This document shows, piece after piece, positions 1-13,051 of a stretch of DNA of 64,000 bases; the first letter of the stretch is position 1, and the number at the start of each line of letters is the position of its first letter. This DNA comes from Glaucostegus cemiculus (Eukaryota). A program made the translations under genes and the position numbers. Below the pieces are notes generated by a model. The model worked only from the letters and a program-made list of their open reading frames with translations, had not been told where the DNA came from and did no database searches. The DNA is taken from assembly GCA_976551045.1 (NCBI GenBank), contig CDPCPM010000013.1:26040001-26104000 (forward strand). Reading direction: 5' to 3'.

Positions 1-544
1 GAGCTCTCCTCTAAAATGCAAACCCAAGAAAATACGTTTTTAATTTCCGGCAATGGGGATGATCATTTGCTGTTGGCCACGATGAGATGAGACTCACAAT
101 GAGAAATGTGAAATTCATTCTCCTAAGGTAAGACTACGTCATCGTTTGAACCTTCAATGAGTACAGATGTATTAACTCTCTGCTTTTGCCATCAGCAGTT
201 TGCTGCATTCACTGGATGTTCATATGAATACAATCATCAGAATGAGGATGTCTCAGTGCCTTGACACATTAAAACACTTGTATTTCTCATCAAATCTAGG
301 GCAAGTAAGTGTAAGTACATTAATATTCTTGTCCTGTGATACTCACACCAACCTGTGATAAATCCTAGACAGTTTGCTTCTTGAAAAATTGCCTTCAAAA
401 AGCAAAACAAAAATGCTGTTATGATTATGAGATGAATAAGTGAATCTGTAGTTCTGGTAGGCTTTCCCATCTCCTATTGCAAGCCAGAAGTAAAATAATG
501 GTTAGGATGTCATAAGAGATTTGGAATACAATGGTGTCATTGAT

Positions 545-970
545 TAGCCTTTGGTTACTAGTTTTAATATGTTCAGTTTCGGGCACTTTTACTCAAGGAC
601 ATCAAAGGCAACAGAAAGTGTGAAGAATATGAAACCAATATTGAGTATATTTTGTTACATGAAACGACTGGAGGAGCTAAAGCCAAACTGAAATACCCTG
701 GATTTTGAACTCATCCAACAGGTGATCTAATTGGATGAGTTCAAAATTCAAGGTACCTATCTAAGCAGTTCAAGGTCAATTCAGATTAAGGTAACCTCGG
801 GTAAATTTAAAATTATGATATGAGGTCATAATAGCATGGATTAAGACAGTTTATAAAAATTAGTGGGACATGAACTACTCTATCCAATGCTGTAGTGGAA
901 ACGCATTTGTAAGCATTTGCTGAATAAGATCAAGTATGAATGCTACAATTTGCAATTCAGCGGAGATAGT
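545..970 (+). mobile_element. Highly decayed CR1 LINE 3' fragment
   Basis: Remnants of CR1 ORF2 C-terminal motifs: VQF(W)AP..KDIKA at ~570-610 and GDLI..FKI (ggtgatctaatt..ttcaaaatt) at ~721-748. Confidence 0.55.
694..755. repeat. 25-bp inverted repeat with 12-nt loop
   Basis: taccctggattttgaactcatccaa (694-718) pairs with ttggatgagttcaaaattcaaggta (731-755). The inner 17 bp are perfect; the outer part has one G-T and one mismatch. Confidence 0.9.
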
Positions 971-1667
971 CTTGAATTGTTAAATTACCGGGTGTTTCTT
1001 GTACTCCACAGTTTGGTAAAAATGGCTACTGATCTTAAACTCTCTGCACGTTTCAAGAAAGTGATACATACTCCATTCAATTTACTATATAAAAATTATG
1101 AGTAGTAATTAGCAGCATCATAATCCTCTGAAAGATCTGTCAATTATTCAAGACTGCTGATCAAACTTCCTGGCCCAGAAAGCGAACAATCTAAACCTTG
1201 AGTCTCATTCCTCAGAAACTGATTTGTTGTTGGAGATCTAACCTGTATTTTTCTAAAAATTTCATTCTCTTCCTCTTTTTTTTTATTTTCATTAAACTGT
1301 TCTTTCCTTCCTTCTATTTCTCTTCCTCTACCAGCTTTTCAAATTCTCAGGCTCTGATTTACACTTGCTTCTCAATCGCCACTCTATTTTGGACACAATG
1401 ATTTAATCAAATTAGTTAATGAGATTCATTGTTGTTCTGGTTATCATGAAGATTCCAGATGCCCCCTTATCCTTGCTGTTATCAGCTCACAAATCCAGCA
1501 ATTTAAAGGGCAAAAGCCACTTGATCTGAATAGAGCAATCTGGACATGCCATGAGATACGCTGCTCCTGCAGGTTCATTATCAATTGCTTTTAAAAGGAA
1601 TGCAAATAGTTTTATTCAACATGGGGAAAGGGAGTGAATGTGTAGCTCTTTCATAAAGTCTACACAC

Positions 1668-2260
1668 AAGAACATAAGAAATGGAAGCAGGAATAGGCCA
1701 TTTTGTCCTTTTTTTGTCTGCTCTATCATTTAAGGAAGGCTGGTTGATCATTTACCTCAGCCCTGCCTTGGTGCACAAACCCATATCCTTTGATTCCCTT
1801 AATATCAAAAAAATCTATTAATCCCTGTGTTGGAGATACTCTGTGACTGAGTCTCCACAGCTCCCTTGAGTAGAGAATTCTAAAGATTTACTTCCCTCTT
1901 TGTGAAGAAATTTATAATCTCTGAATGGTTGACTAATTTAAAACTGTAATCCTTGGATACACCGAGGTACACCAATCAGGAGATACATCAACTTTGATCT
2001 ACTCTCTCAAGTCCCATGAGAATTTTCCAATAGGATAACATCTCATTTAATTTGCATGGTAACTTCCAGTGATTCACATATAGGGCCTCCAGCTCCCTCT
2101 GAACCCTACCATGTTCTTATCCATTCAGTTAGGCTGCCCATACCACTGAAACTTTTATGTAATCACTTTACAGCCCATACATCTCCCTAGGTTTGTATCA
2201 ACAGCAAACTTAGATATATCACATGTGATCCCTTCATCTACCTCATTGATATAAATAGTA
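1668..2260 (-). mobile_element. CR1 LINE 3' fragment
   Basis: Starts with the reverse complement of a CR1 tail (aagaacataagaaatggaagcaggaataggccat). RT remnant tatcaacagcaaacttagatat (ISKFAxDT on minus) at ~2196-2217. Confidence 0.7.
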
Positions 2261-2604
2261 AATATCCAGATTTGATGTGAACGGTTGGTTCAAATAAGCC
2301 AAATGGGTTCCTTCCATAGTGTAAAATTTTCTGCAGCACTGGAGCCAGTTTACACATTGGGTGCCCACTGGTTGGAACATGTCCAGTCTGATTGATGAGA
2401 CACCCAATCCAATTTAAGGACCAATCCTCACTTTCATTCTAGTCCTTGAGCTCTCAGCACCTGCCCCTCAAGATAGGAAGAAAATATCTGATTCCATCAC
2501 AGAGCTGAGCCAAAGTAATGACTTAATGAGAGAGATGAAGGCAAATATGAAGAAGAGTGACTGTACAAATGATCGTATATTGGTTACAATATTTTTGTTT
2601 GGTT

Positions 2605-2998
2605 TGTTTGGAGGGAAGGAGGATGAGAGGAGACTTGATAGAGGTGTACAAGATGATAAGTGGCATAGATTGAGTGGACAGTCAGAGACTTTTTCCCAGG
2701 GCGACAATGGCTAACACGAGGGGGCATAATTTTAAGACGATTGGAGGAAGATGTAAAGGGGATGTCGGGGGAAAGCTTTTTACACAGAGAGTGGCGGGTG
2801 TGTGGAATGCACTGTCAGCAGAGGTTGTGGGGACAGATACGTTAGGGACACTTAAGAGGCTCTTAGATAGGCACATGAATGATAGAGAAATGGAAGGTTA
2901 TGTGGGAGGGAAGGGTTAGATAGATCTTAGAGCAGGATAAAATGTCGGCATAACATTGTGGGCTGAAGGGCCTGTAACGTGCTGTAATGTTCTATGTT
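2605..2998 (+). mobile_element. CR1 (HER1-type) LINE 3' end, 5'-truncated
   Basis: ORF 2674-2919 reads DSQRLFPR..NTRGHNFK..FTQRVAGVWNAL..EVV..LKRLLDRHM, the CR1 ORF2 C-terminus. 3' UTR ends gaagggcctgt..gtgctgtaatgttctatgtt. Confidence 0.93.
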
Positions 2999-3429
2999 AG
3001 AAGAACCAGTGATGCTTCTACAAGTACCAGAAAAAATCAGTGCCACACCATTTCTGTATGAATTTTGGACTGGTTGCAGAAGTCACCCTTATAATTGTTG
3101 ATTAGGCTACTGCTTGAGTAGTGCCAATGGACAGAAGATAAGTGATCTGAAGTGCACACACTGTGGCTCCAAATGGTATTATTTGGATAAATAGATTCCT
3201 GCCATTCTGGATTATCCTGGTCAATACCCTCTGTAAAATATTGGCAGGTGTTTGTAAAAGAGTTGGAACAGTATGTTTTGCACTAGGATGCCGCATTCAG
3301 AGCCAAGGTGTTACTGCCCCATTCCTGCCACAGAGATGCCTTCAAATGTTCAACCTGTGGGTAGTACAGGACGATGCACTTAAATTGTGCTGCACCATGT
3401 CATTTCCACATGTGAAAGAGATTCACACA

Positions 3430-3625
3430 TGACTACTTTGAAATGCACTGGAAAAAACATGACTTGCATTTTGCGGACAGGATGTTCCCACAAGCAAGAA
3501 TGCAATAACATAAACCTGCTGTTAATGGTTGTGGTTGAGAGAAGGATGCAAATGAGTTAGCAGAAATATTTTCCTACTCCAACCACTGTTCACAGGCTGA
3601 ATGAGTGACAGTTTAATGTCTAAAA
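3430..3625 (-). mobile_element. Ancient Deu-domain SINE relic
   Basis: Degenerate similarity to the DeuSINE core as I recall it (tactttgaa..ttgcggacag..cccacaagca..tggttgag..gtttaatgtc). Confidence 0.4.
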
Positions 3626-5591
3626 CTTTATCAGGTAGCAGACAGTAGCCTACATTTCTGTTTGCCGTTGTTGATGCAAATCTGTAGTGGGATTTCTTTA
3701 GCTCTTGTTTAATGCATTTATTTTTCACGGTCTTTATTTTTTTTTGCTTATAATAAGGATAGTTCAACTAGTGGATGACTAGTGGATAATTGTTCCTAAA
3801 ATTGATGAGATGAAATTCACTTTATTGATTAGCTACAGTCACAATTTTATTTCCTATTAACACCACAAAAGCCTTATTTATTTCACCCAAAACAGGCCAT
3901 TAAAAAATGTGATGTTTCATAGAGCTTAATGGCAATTTACTTTCCTTCAAGGTGGCAACTTTTACTTTCATTAGTAATTGGAAGATACCTGTGTTCAAAA
4001 GCCTGGGATTTACTGTAATAATATTGACAATACTTTGTTGTACCCATGGAAATAAAAACAATCATTTGAATAGCATTTCTCTGCAGTTTCATGCTTCACT
4101 TTGTCAATGGCCTAAGTAAATAATGAAAGGATCCTATTATTCTGTGGTTTCATTTTTGGTATGCAAATGCAATAATTAATAATACTTTTCAGATTGTTAG
4201 TAATAATGACACAGTGAAATGCAGCTATTATCTGAATAAAGTTTTAATCGTAATGTTAAATATTCTATATTATAATTAGTCATGCTTTCTCTAATTCTGA
4301 AGTACCTTTGGAGGAAGACAAAGACACCTATACTGGCAAACACTATAAGTAATGCAATGAGACCTTATTGCAGGTTTTGATATGATGCATGATATAATTT
4401 ATAAAAAATATATCATACATCATATAATTATAAATATTAATTTATAATTTACAAAAATAAATTACATCATACATGCATCTCTGTAAACCTTCTGGAATCT
4501 TCTGGATCATGCTTGATCATAATGGATTTTAATTCAATGTTATAGAATATTCACAGTAATAACTATCTGTTTATAATATGCACAGTTCTTCACTCTTGAG
4601 GGTTGTGCTATAATAGAGGGTCACACATTTGAAAGGTTATTGATAGAAATAATGCCAGGGCATATGGTGGCTGGAACTGAATTTCAAAACATGCAAGTGA
4701 ATTTATAAGGTGTAACAGAGCAGCATAAACAGCATTAGTTTAATGCAGAGGAGGACCACAGAAAAACTAAGCAAAATGTATTAATTGGCACCACGGCACT
4801 GCCTAATTAGTGTCCTTGTGCACAATTCTATTCGTTGAATAGAGTCTGTACTCCCATTGGTTTAGTTACAGGCAAAAGTTTCTTGTGAAGTTTCTTTTTA
4901 GTCATTAGAGCCAGACCTTGAAGTTTCCTGAGCTACCTTCCTTCAGGCTGTCTTTGCTCTTGTCAATTTAGTACTTCTAGGGAATTATTCCTCTTTGAAA
5001 TTCATATTCCATGCTTAAAACATTGGTGTATGCACACTGTAGAGTAATTGCGTGGGCTAAATGTTTAATTACACATGACAGCTGGAGCTACAGGAGTCCG
5101 AGGCAAGCATGAAAACAATTCATGCCCTGTGCAATATTAAAAAAGTCAACAGACGCTCTGTACTTAGTGGGTGGACTGTGGTTTTTGCAATTCCATCCCA
5201 CTGTCAGAATTAAGACTGAAATAAGTGGGGTTTTTTTATTAAGAGGACTTCTGATCAGCATTAATTCTGATTAGAAATATTTGACACTAATTTAGTTAAA
5301 ATGAATTTCAGATTAGCAGACTTTGTTTAAATATAATGTTAATATATAACAATATTCTTCTGGTTGTAAAGATGATATGAATCTGATTATAAGCAGATCA
5401 TTTTGCATCTTTTGTTATAAAACTGATGCACCATTTTTATAAACAGGCTGGTAGGTAACCTTTGATCACTGTGGGATACTTGCTGCTGGCCAACTGCCAG
5501 TTCCTAGATCACCTTTGTAGCATTTTTCATCTGGCAGCAGCAATGTCTGCAACTGTCATTTGCATTTGTCTTATTCACTGATTAGAAGCAC

Positions 5592-5833
5592 TTTTTTTTT
5601 CACCCAGAGAGTGGCTGGAGCATGAAATGCGCTGCCTGGGGTGGTGGTGGAAGCAGGTACATTGGACAATTTCAAGAGATTACTAGATAAGCATATGGAG
5701 GAATTTAAAGTAGAGGAATATGTGGGAGGAAGAGGTTAGATAATCTTAGGCAAAACTTAAATGCCGGCCCAACATTGTGGGCCGAATGGCCTGTATTGCG
5801 CTGTACTGTTCTGTTCTATGTTCTATGTTCTAT
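5592..5833 (+). mobile_element. CR1 LINE 3' end
   Basis: FTQRVAGA*NALPGVVVEAG remnant; tail gggccgaatggcctgtattgcgctgtac followed by (gttctat)n. Confidence 0.9.
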
Positions 5834-6144
5834 AAATCCATATTTACATTCAACAACTTTATGAATTGTCTGCTACAGACTGAAAACTGTGATAGCCCCA
5901 AATAATTCTCACCTTATCAATGATGACCAAAAAAAGACAGTGACCACTGGAAATGTGGGAATAAAATTATATATGTGGGAATTATAGAGAATGCTTCCTG
6001 AAAGAGGAAGATAGGATAATATTTCTGATTGGTTACTACACAAGGTTTCAATTCTTTTTGAATATTACTTATAATTTTGGACCCCTGAAATACAGTAACG
6101 GAGGTTTCTGACATTGTGTTACCTCAAATATCTTAATGACCACT

Positions 6145-6275
6145 ATCTTGCATTTATAATGTGATTTTATTTCCACAAAATATCTCAAAATGCCTCTTGA
6201 ATACATAATCACTTAAAAATGGATGCTGAGCCACAGAAAGAGATGTTAGATGAGTGACAGAAAAGCAGGCCATTT
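6145..6275 (-). mobile_element. L2-like LINE 3' tail relic
   Basis: cttgcatttata..aaaatggatgctgagccacagaaagagatgttag..tgacagaaaagc is the reverse complement of the tail type seen at 34770-35030. Confidence 0.5.
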
Positions 6276-6312
6276 TAGAACATTGAAGCTCATTTGGTTT
6301 ACAAAACTCTTC

Positions 6313-6357
6313 TGCCACCACCATATTTTGCTACCACTATATTTTGCCACTGCCATA
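6313..6357 (+). repeat. 16-bp tandem repeat x ~3
   Basis: tgccaccaccatattt / tgctaccactatattt / tgccactgccata. Confidence 0.8.
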
Positions 6358-8944
6358 GTTGACAGTTCTGACCCCACCTCCATGCTTTGTGTCAAATATG
6401 ATGGCACAGGTCTTTTTAATTTTTAACCAAATGAAATTTATACTCGGCATTTAACAATACTTATGTCATGGAGAGGGAGGCAAACCTGGGGCATCACCAA
6501 GGCACATTATGATCTTACCAAAGTGTCACATGTAGATGGGAGAAGTGTGGAGCCAGAGACAGCTTTTCAAGGTACCTCGTTGGAAGGGCAGGAAAGGGAG
6601 ACATTGCTGGAAATGTTCTTGCTACATTTGTAAATCTAAGAATGGAAACAAGCAAAGTCTTGTTGAACAAAAGAGTTCAACAAACAAAACATGGAAAAGG
6701 GCTTCGGAGAGGGAATATTCAGAGTATGAATAGAAGTTATATAGAGATTACAAACAGAGTGGTAGTAGAGGCCAAACAGAAACAACAGAACATGAAGCGA
6801 GGCTAAAGAGATGCAATAAGCAGAGTGGTAAAAAGGGCTATTGAGCAACATCAACCAAAGGGGGAACAGGAGGGAAACAGATGCATCAACCAGTGTGGTA
6901 ACAAGGGTTATACAGAGCTATCATTGCGGGAACATGAAGTATTCAGAGACATCAATCAGACTAGAACTGGACCTAGACAAAGGCCTTGACAAGAATGGGA
7001 AAGAGTAAAAGTTTTACAGGCAGTTGGATCACAGAATGCGATGGAATAGGTGTGGTAAATGTGAAGTCAAGGTATAGACATTCGTAAATTTGAGAGGGAG
7101 TTTGTAAGTAATATGTGGAAGAATATTTTACCTGGGTAGCAAATAGGTTTCAAAGGAGGTGGAGAAATGTAATCAATAGGGATCGATCTAAGATCCAAGA
7201 AAGTAGGGATCTAAGAAAGCAGTCACTACTTTAGATTACTTGTAATATACCATGACATCTGTAAGAAGAGGTATAGTATACAAGTTAATAAGGATGAGTA
7301 AAAGGCAATCAAGCTGTTTTATTAAAAAAAATCTTGCTCTTTTCTGTACATGCTGATGATGCATGTTTTCAGTATTTATGTTTATTTTCCAGTTAATTAT
7401 TTAATTTTGATGGTTATGCATAACATAGTCTTCATATAATGTAGTAAAGAGCCCCAAGCTCTGAGCCAAACTATTGCACCTACAATTACTGTCTATGTCT
7501 TTTGGTTTGTTACTGATTACAGCTACCTTTGTCAAGAAAGACTGGCACATTAGATTTTGTCTAAAATAGTAATCCAATGTTCACTGAAGGTTACTGTTTT
7601 GTAAAACCCATGATATTTTGTTTAGAATATTCTTCTGCATCTCAATTGTTCTGTTTATGTGAATCTTCTTTCCACTCTGTGCAACTGTTAATAGTAGTTC
7701 AATGTTTTGTATATATTCCAGTATTTATTTGACCTAATATTAGTTGATTTATTTATTGATTTAATAGCAACGTTAAACTCCATGATGCACATTTATCAAA
7801 GATAGTTTCCAACTTTGTGATTGATTTAATACTCGGCTTCATCTCATGCTGAAACAATTGGTTGATAAATGTGCTGAAGCTCCTGATGTATGTGCACTTT
7901 GTCATTTATTATTGTACATTTGATAACACACCCATTTTGCAGATGATGAGAAACACTCTTTCACCTATGTACACTAGGCAAATTTTTCCACTGCTATTTG
8001 CAATTTAATATATGATTACCAGAATGATTTCACAAAATTACAGATTTTCTATGTTCCCAGCAGTGCATTCATGCCCTCATAGTACTTTATCAGATTGGTA
8101 CCACAATAGTGATCCTTCTCCATGGACTGCAAAATTGTAGACAATAAAAAAACAGACAAAAACATTCCTATCCCACTTCAGCATGGAATCTTCACAATGA
8201 AAACTAACCCACACCTAAATAATCTAAATGAGTTAAGAGCCAGTTCGACAAGTAGGAGTCCCAATAATATCTTCCCAGATGTCAATCTTGTCTTCTCTCA
8301 TTGTTGCTGTTCATTTAGGTTCAGGTGAGCAATACCCATTTTTTCATTAATATTTTCCATTTATAGATATGATTCAATTGTACTGACATTGTCAAGTGGA
8401 GTGCAAGAAATGGATATTGTTTTCTGACTGTAGGTGATACTAAAGAAAAAAATCACAGTAATTGTACATCTCTTGTTAAGAAAAGATGGTTGGGATTCCT
8501 CACATCATGACTATAAATATTTCTGAGCACTGATGCGGCCAGTGCAGATGCTGGGAACAAGGACTAGGAAAGTGACCAGAGCCAGGGATCAGGAACGTGG
8601 GTATGTTTGTGGCTGGATTGAGGGATGAGGAATGGGTGCCAGTGTGTGGCCAGCTTCGGGAGCTGGTGACTGGGTGAGAAAGGAGTAGGGAAGCAGAGGG
8701 CAAGAGCTTCTGTGCCTGAATCCATGAGTGTGTGTGTGTGTGCACATGTGTGCATGTCTGCGAACAGGCGAGTGTGCATATGCAGAGTGGCACCTGTTCA
8801 CCTGCCCACCTTTGTGTGTATCCATGAAAACCCTGGTCTCCCTTTGTCTTGATCTCCTTTGCCGCTGGATGAAGACCTTGTTCTGTAAAGCCTGTGTGAA
8901 AGCTGGTGTACAATTACTACCATATATTAAAATAAAACAGACAC

Positions 8945-10570
8945 AGATAAATTCATATCCAAAAACATCAGGATCCATGTGGACAGTCCCAGTGGTGACA
9001 GACCCAAATGGTGCTCTGTTCAGAAACTCCAACATTTTGATGTTTGACATCACCATTCTGAGTGACACACAACAGGCAGGAGATAGCTAGTCCAAAGTCA
9101 ATGGGTAATCCTTCTTCTGAAGGGACAAACCAGAAGAGTGACCTTTCTCACGGATTAAGCTTCAGCCTTACGTATGAGCTATTCTGACATCTCCGCAACT
9201 CCCCTTATGGAGTTAGGATTGCTCTGTGACTCTTTGGCTCACTCTAACTTGGAACCAACATACTACGCTCATTACATGCATGCCATCATTGGAATCTTCA
9301 GGTGAGGCCAAGGAGAACTTCTGCAGTCACCTTGAAAACTTTTGGTTCACATCCCAAAGGTGGATAAACCAAACCTTCTAGACCACTTCAGCACCAGGAT
9401 GGGAAAGTATGATCTGCAAGGAAGGAGTAGGGAAGTCCAACTCCAACAGGGTCCTTCTCCTGACAAAATGTTTAAAGCATAACCTTAACATAGGGAAAGC
9501 CTTGTTTTGTCAGAGAGACAAGCACATTATGTCATGGCAACAAGTGCTGGAACCTGTTGGATTATTTTATCATCTGCATGAGGCACCATGAAGTTAAACA
9601 CATCACCCACGCTATGAGAGGTACCTGTGACTGATGGACTGACGACCATCCTCATCAATCTGGCTACAAACGTGCTGGGCTCATTCAGTAGACCAGGCTA
9701 TACACCATTGCACAGACTTTACAACATTGCCACAAGAAGGTCAATGGTAAGGACCTCATGAAGCTCCTCTTCCCATACAGTGCCTGATAGATAACGTCAA
9801 CTTCCAATCTACAGGCACCATGGAATATTCACATCTTAGAGGCTGCGCTGAGGTTTGCCATAAATGGAAATTGTGAAGAGACTCTTAACTTCTCTGCCAA
9901 GAAGGACCAGAACTGATGAGACTGAGGAGCTAACCAACTGCAAAGTTAAAATATTTCTGAATTGAAAGCTCCACTATTTACCTTGAGGTCCTTTGCAAAC
10001 ACCTGAAGGCAGAGGTCCAGCAGAAAATCTGTGACTTAACAAATAAAAATTGGATGGAAAGAGAGCAGAAGGCTCAACGACTCAATAACAGCCACAATAC
10101 ACAGATCTTTTTCAACACCTGTAAAAGTCATCCACAGCCAAACACCTGGAATCTGCCCCACTGAAAGCCAAAAATGGGGTGAATCTCATCAGTGAGTCGA
10201 TATCCATTGGAAGAAGCACCTTGAAGATATTGTCAGCCATGATTCTGTCTTTGATGTGAGTGTTCTTGACTTAATTTCACAGCAATGGACTCAGACCAGC
10301 CTTCCTACCACACCAGGTCATGGAGGCTCTATCACTGCCCAAAAATAACAAGGTTTTAGGAGCAAATGGCAAACTCCTCTGAAATCCTAAAACTTGACAC
10401 TGAAGAGCTTCAGTCACAATTCACAATCTCATCACTCACATCTAAGCATAGTGGGATATACCTGGAGAGCTCAGAGATGCCCTAATTGTGACGATCATCA
10501 AGAAAGGAGGTATCCAACCATGATAACACTAGAGGCATCCCTACTGTCTGCTGTGGTCCTGCTTCAATCT
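8945..10570 (+). mobile_element. RTE-clade LINE, decayed; AP-endonuclease to start of RT, 3' half missing
   Basis: DITILSDT..AGD (=DIAALSETR), FF*RDKPEE, ORF 9409-9591 KEGVGKSNSNRVLLLTKC..LFCQRDKH..SWQ, WTDDH, KNNK..GANG..EILK and LRDALIVTIIKKGG..RGI/LLSA, all in the expected order with frameshifts. Confidence 0.88.
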
Positions 10571-10574
10571 TTAT

Positions 10575-10740
10575 AAAGACAGAAAATGTTGAAAATGCTC
10601 AGTGTATTTGAGCAGAAGGGTTTTCAAACTGAAATCTTAACTCTGTCTTTTCTATAGATGCTGTCTGGCCTGCTGGGTATGTCCAGTTCGTTCTGTTTTT
10701 TATTTCATATTTGTAGCATCTGCAGTTTTTGTGATTTTTC
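10575..10740. mobile_element. Penelope-like pLTR fragment(s)
   Basis: tctatagatgctgtctggcctgctg..ccag..agcatctgcagtttt on plus, preceded by a short opposite-orientation piece (agaaaatgttgaaaatgctcag). Confidence 0.65.
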
Positions 10741-11626
10741 AGTCTTTCAATTGTTGAGTTAAAGGTATTCTCTACAACTTGGGGAAAGAAAACAGCCATG
10801 CAACAAGAGAGTGGTTGATAATTTAGATCTTATGAGGGAGTATTTAAATATGAGGGAGTCTCCAAAAAAAATCAAGCTGGTGAGTTATGTCACCAAAAAA
10901 AACCCAGTGTAAAACATTGTGGCACACTGATGTTGGTGCAGCCTTGGAAGTGAAGCCATTTCAAGAGCTGTGCTGAGTTTGTTGGTGTAGCCTGGGGAAT
11001 AACCATGCTGCTGAAGGTGGGAAGATGGAGGAGGATGATTAGAAACAGACAAAAAGCAAAGTGCAGGAAAAGCTGATATATTTTGAAAATGATTGAAACT
11101 AATTAACAGCACAGAACTATCAGAGCATGCAAACAACTTAAACTTGGGGGTAGCCCAGTCAAAGAAAAAGCTATTAAAAATCTCATCATAAATTCTATCT
11201 AAACAAGGTCATTTGTTCTGTCATTTCACTTAGGAGAAAAGTTTGGTGCTCATTAAAGCTTCTTTTCTATCTACTTCTGTGAAAATTTTGCAAAATGAAG
11301 AGTTTAGATTGAGACTGACGAGCTTAAAGCCTGGATAAAAAAATGTCTAGAAATTTGACCCCTTTGCACATACAGTTTGTGTGTAAATTGTGCACAAACC
11401 TCATTTCATGCACATTTGATGGCATCAGTGATGAATTCCAAGTCATTTTTTGATCACAGGGCACTCCTAGGTGTGAGTCACCTTAGCCCAAACAAAATTT
11501 GCTTGATGTTAAGTATGCACCTCATGATGTCATCCTGTGTACACTGCCACTGTGTGACCCATGACATGCATTTACAGCTCACAACAAAGCAAGGACCAAA
11601 TCCCACAGTAGGTTGGCAAGGAGACA

Positions 11627-11800
11627 TGATTCAAGTTTATTGTCATATACATCAGGGTGCAATGAAATTTCTTGTTAGCATGATGCTCACAGACTAATCA
11701 GTATACATGGTAATAATAAATACAGCAATAAATACAGTGATGAGTGTAAAAATAACAAATGATGCAAAGTATAGCAGTGCAAACTGAGTTAGTGCAAAAA
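11627..11800 (-). mobile_element. Rex1/Babar-type LINE 3' UTR fragment
   Basis: gattcaagtttattgtcatatacat..caatgaaatttcttg is the reverse complement of a tgacaataaac-type tail. Confidence 0.55.
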
Positions 11801-12254
11801 GAAATGCCAAAGTGACAACAACAGAAGAGGCAGAATTAAGGGATCGAGAACTTGGCAGCACCACTGGTCTCCACTGATATTTTGAACTCTGTATCTGTTA
11901 CCTGTGTTTACTGATGAACATGTTTCCAGCTGGATATCCCATAATTTAGACCAGATCTTGTAATTAATTCACTGCACGGATACCTTTGCAATGTCTGGAG
12001 GTGTGGCATGGTCTTGATTTGTATGGACAATAATGGCAGGATGGAAGGGGAGGCCCTAGGTGGCCAGACATGCAGAAAGCAGCTGTTCCATGGCTGCCAC
12101 ATGGAAAAAGTCCTGAAAGGTTTTGACAGGCTTCCAATTTTCCACAGCAGCAATAGGATAGCAGCTGCCATCAGACAGATATTATCACAAACTGTGCACG
12201 TTTTTAAACAGAAATCAGGGCAAAAACCATCCCATCAGTATTTTAATCAGGTTA

Positions 12255-13048
12255 TTTTTGCCCATCTGTGGCTTCCACTACTACCCCTGGTAACCTATTG
12301 CAGACACCTACCATTCTCTGAGTTTTAAAAAAAATCTTGCCCCTCACGTTGCCTTTAAACATCCCCCCTCCAACCTTAAAAGCATGTCCTCTGGTGTTAG
12401 ACATTTTTGCCTGGGGAAAAGATTTTGACTATCGACAATATCTATTCCTCGCACAATTTTAAAAACCTCTATCAGGTCTCCCCTTAGCCTCCAAACCTCT
12501 AGGGAGAATATCCCAAGTTGTTCAACCTTTCCTTATAGCTCATACCCTCTAATCCAGGCAGCATCCTGGTAAACCTCTTCTGCACCCTCTCCACAATCTC
12601 CACATCCTTCTTATAATGGGGCAATCAGAACTGCACACAATACTCCCAGTGAGGTCTGATAGAAGTTTTATATATCTGCAGCATGACTTCCTTGCTCTTA
12701 TACTCAACACCCCTACCAATGAAAGCAAGCATGCCATATGCCTTCTTTACCACCTTATCCAATTGCATAGCCACTTTCATTGAACTGTGGACCTACACCC
12801 CAAAATCCCTCTGTACCTCAATGCTATCAAGGGACCTACCATTAATTGTATGCTTTCTCCTTTCATTTTACCTCCCTAACTGCAACACCTCACACTTGCC
12901 TGGATTAAACTCCATCTGCCACTTCTCTGCCCATATCTGTAACTGATCTATATCTCGCGGTATTCTCTGATAGTCCTTTACACTATCCACAACACCAATC
13001 TTGGTGTCATCTGCAACCTTGCTAATCCACCCATCTACATTTTTATCC
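12255..13048 (-). mobile_element. CR1 LINE fragment (RT core to C-terminus)
   Basis: ORF 12868-13074 GWISKVADDTKIGVVDS..DIDQLQIWAEKWQMEFNPGKCEVLQLGR; further CR1 motifs downstream on minus. Confidence 0.95.
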
Positions 13049-13051
13049 ATG

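Noticed and set aside
8500-9090. Overlapping 120-159 aa ORFs
   Set aside because: Explained by a (TG)n tract and the RTE 5' region.
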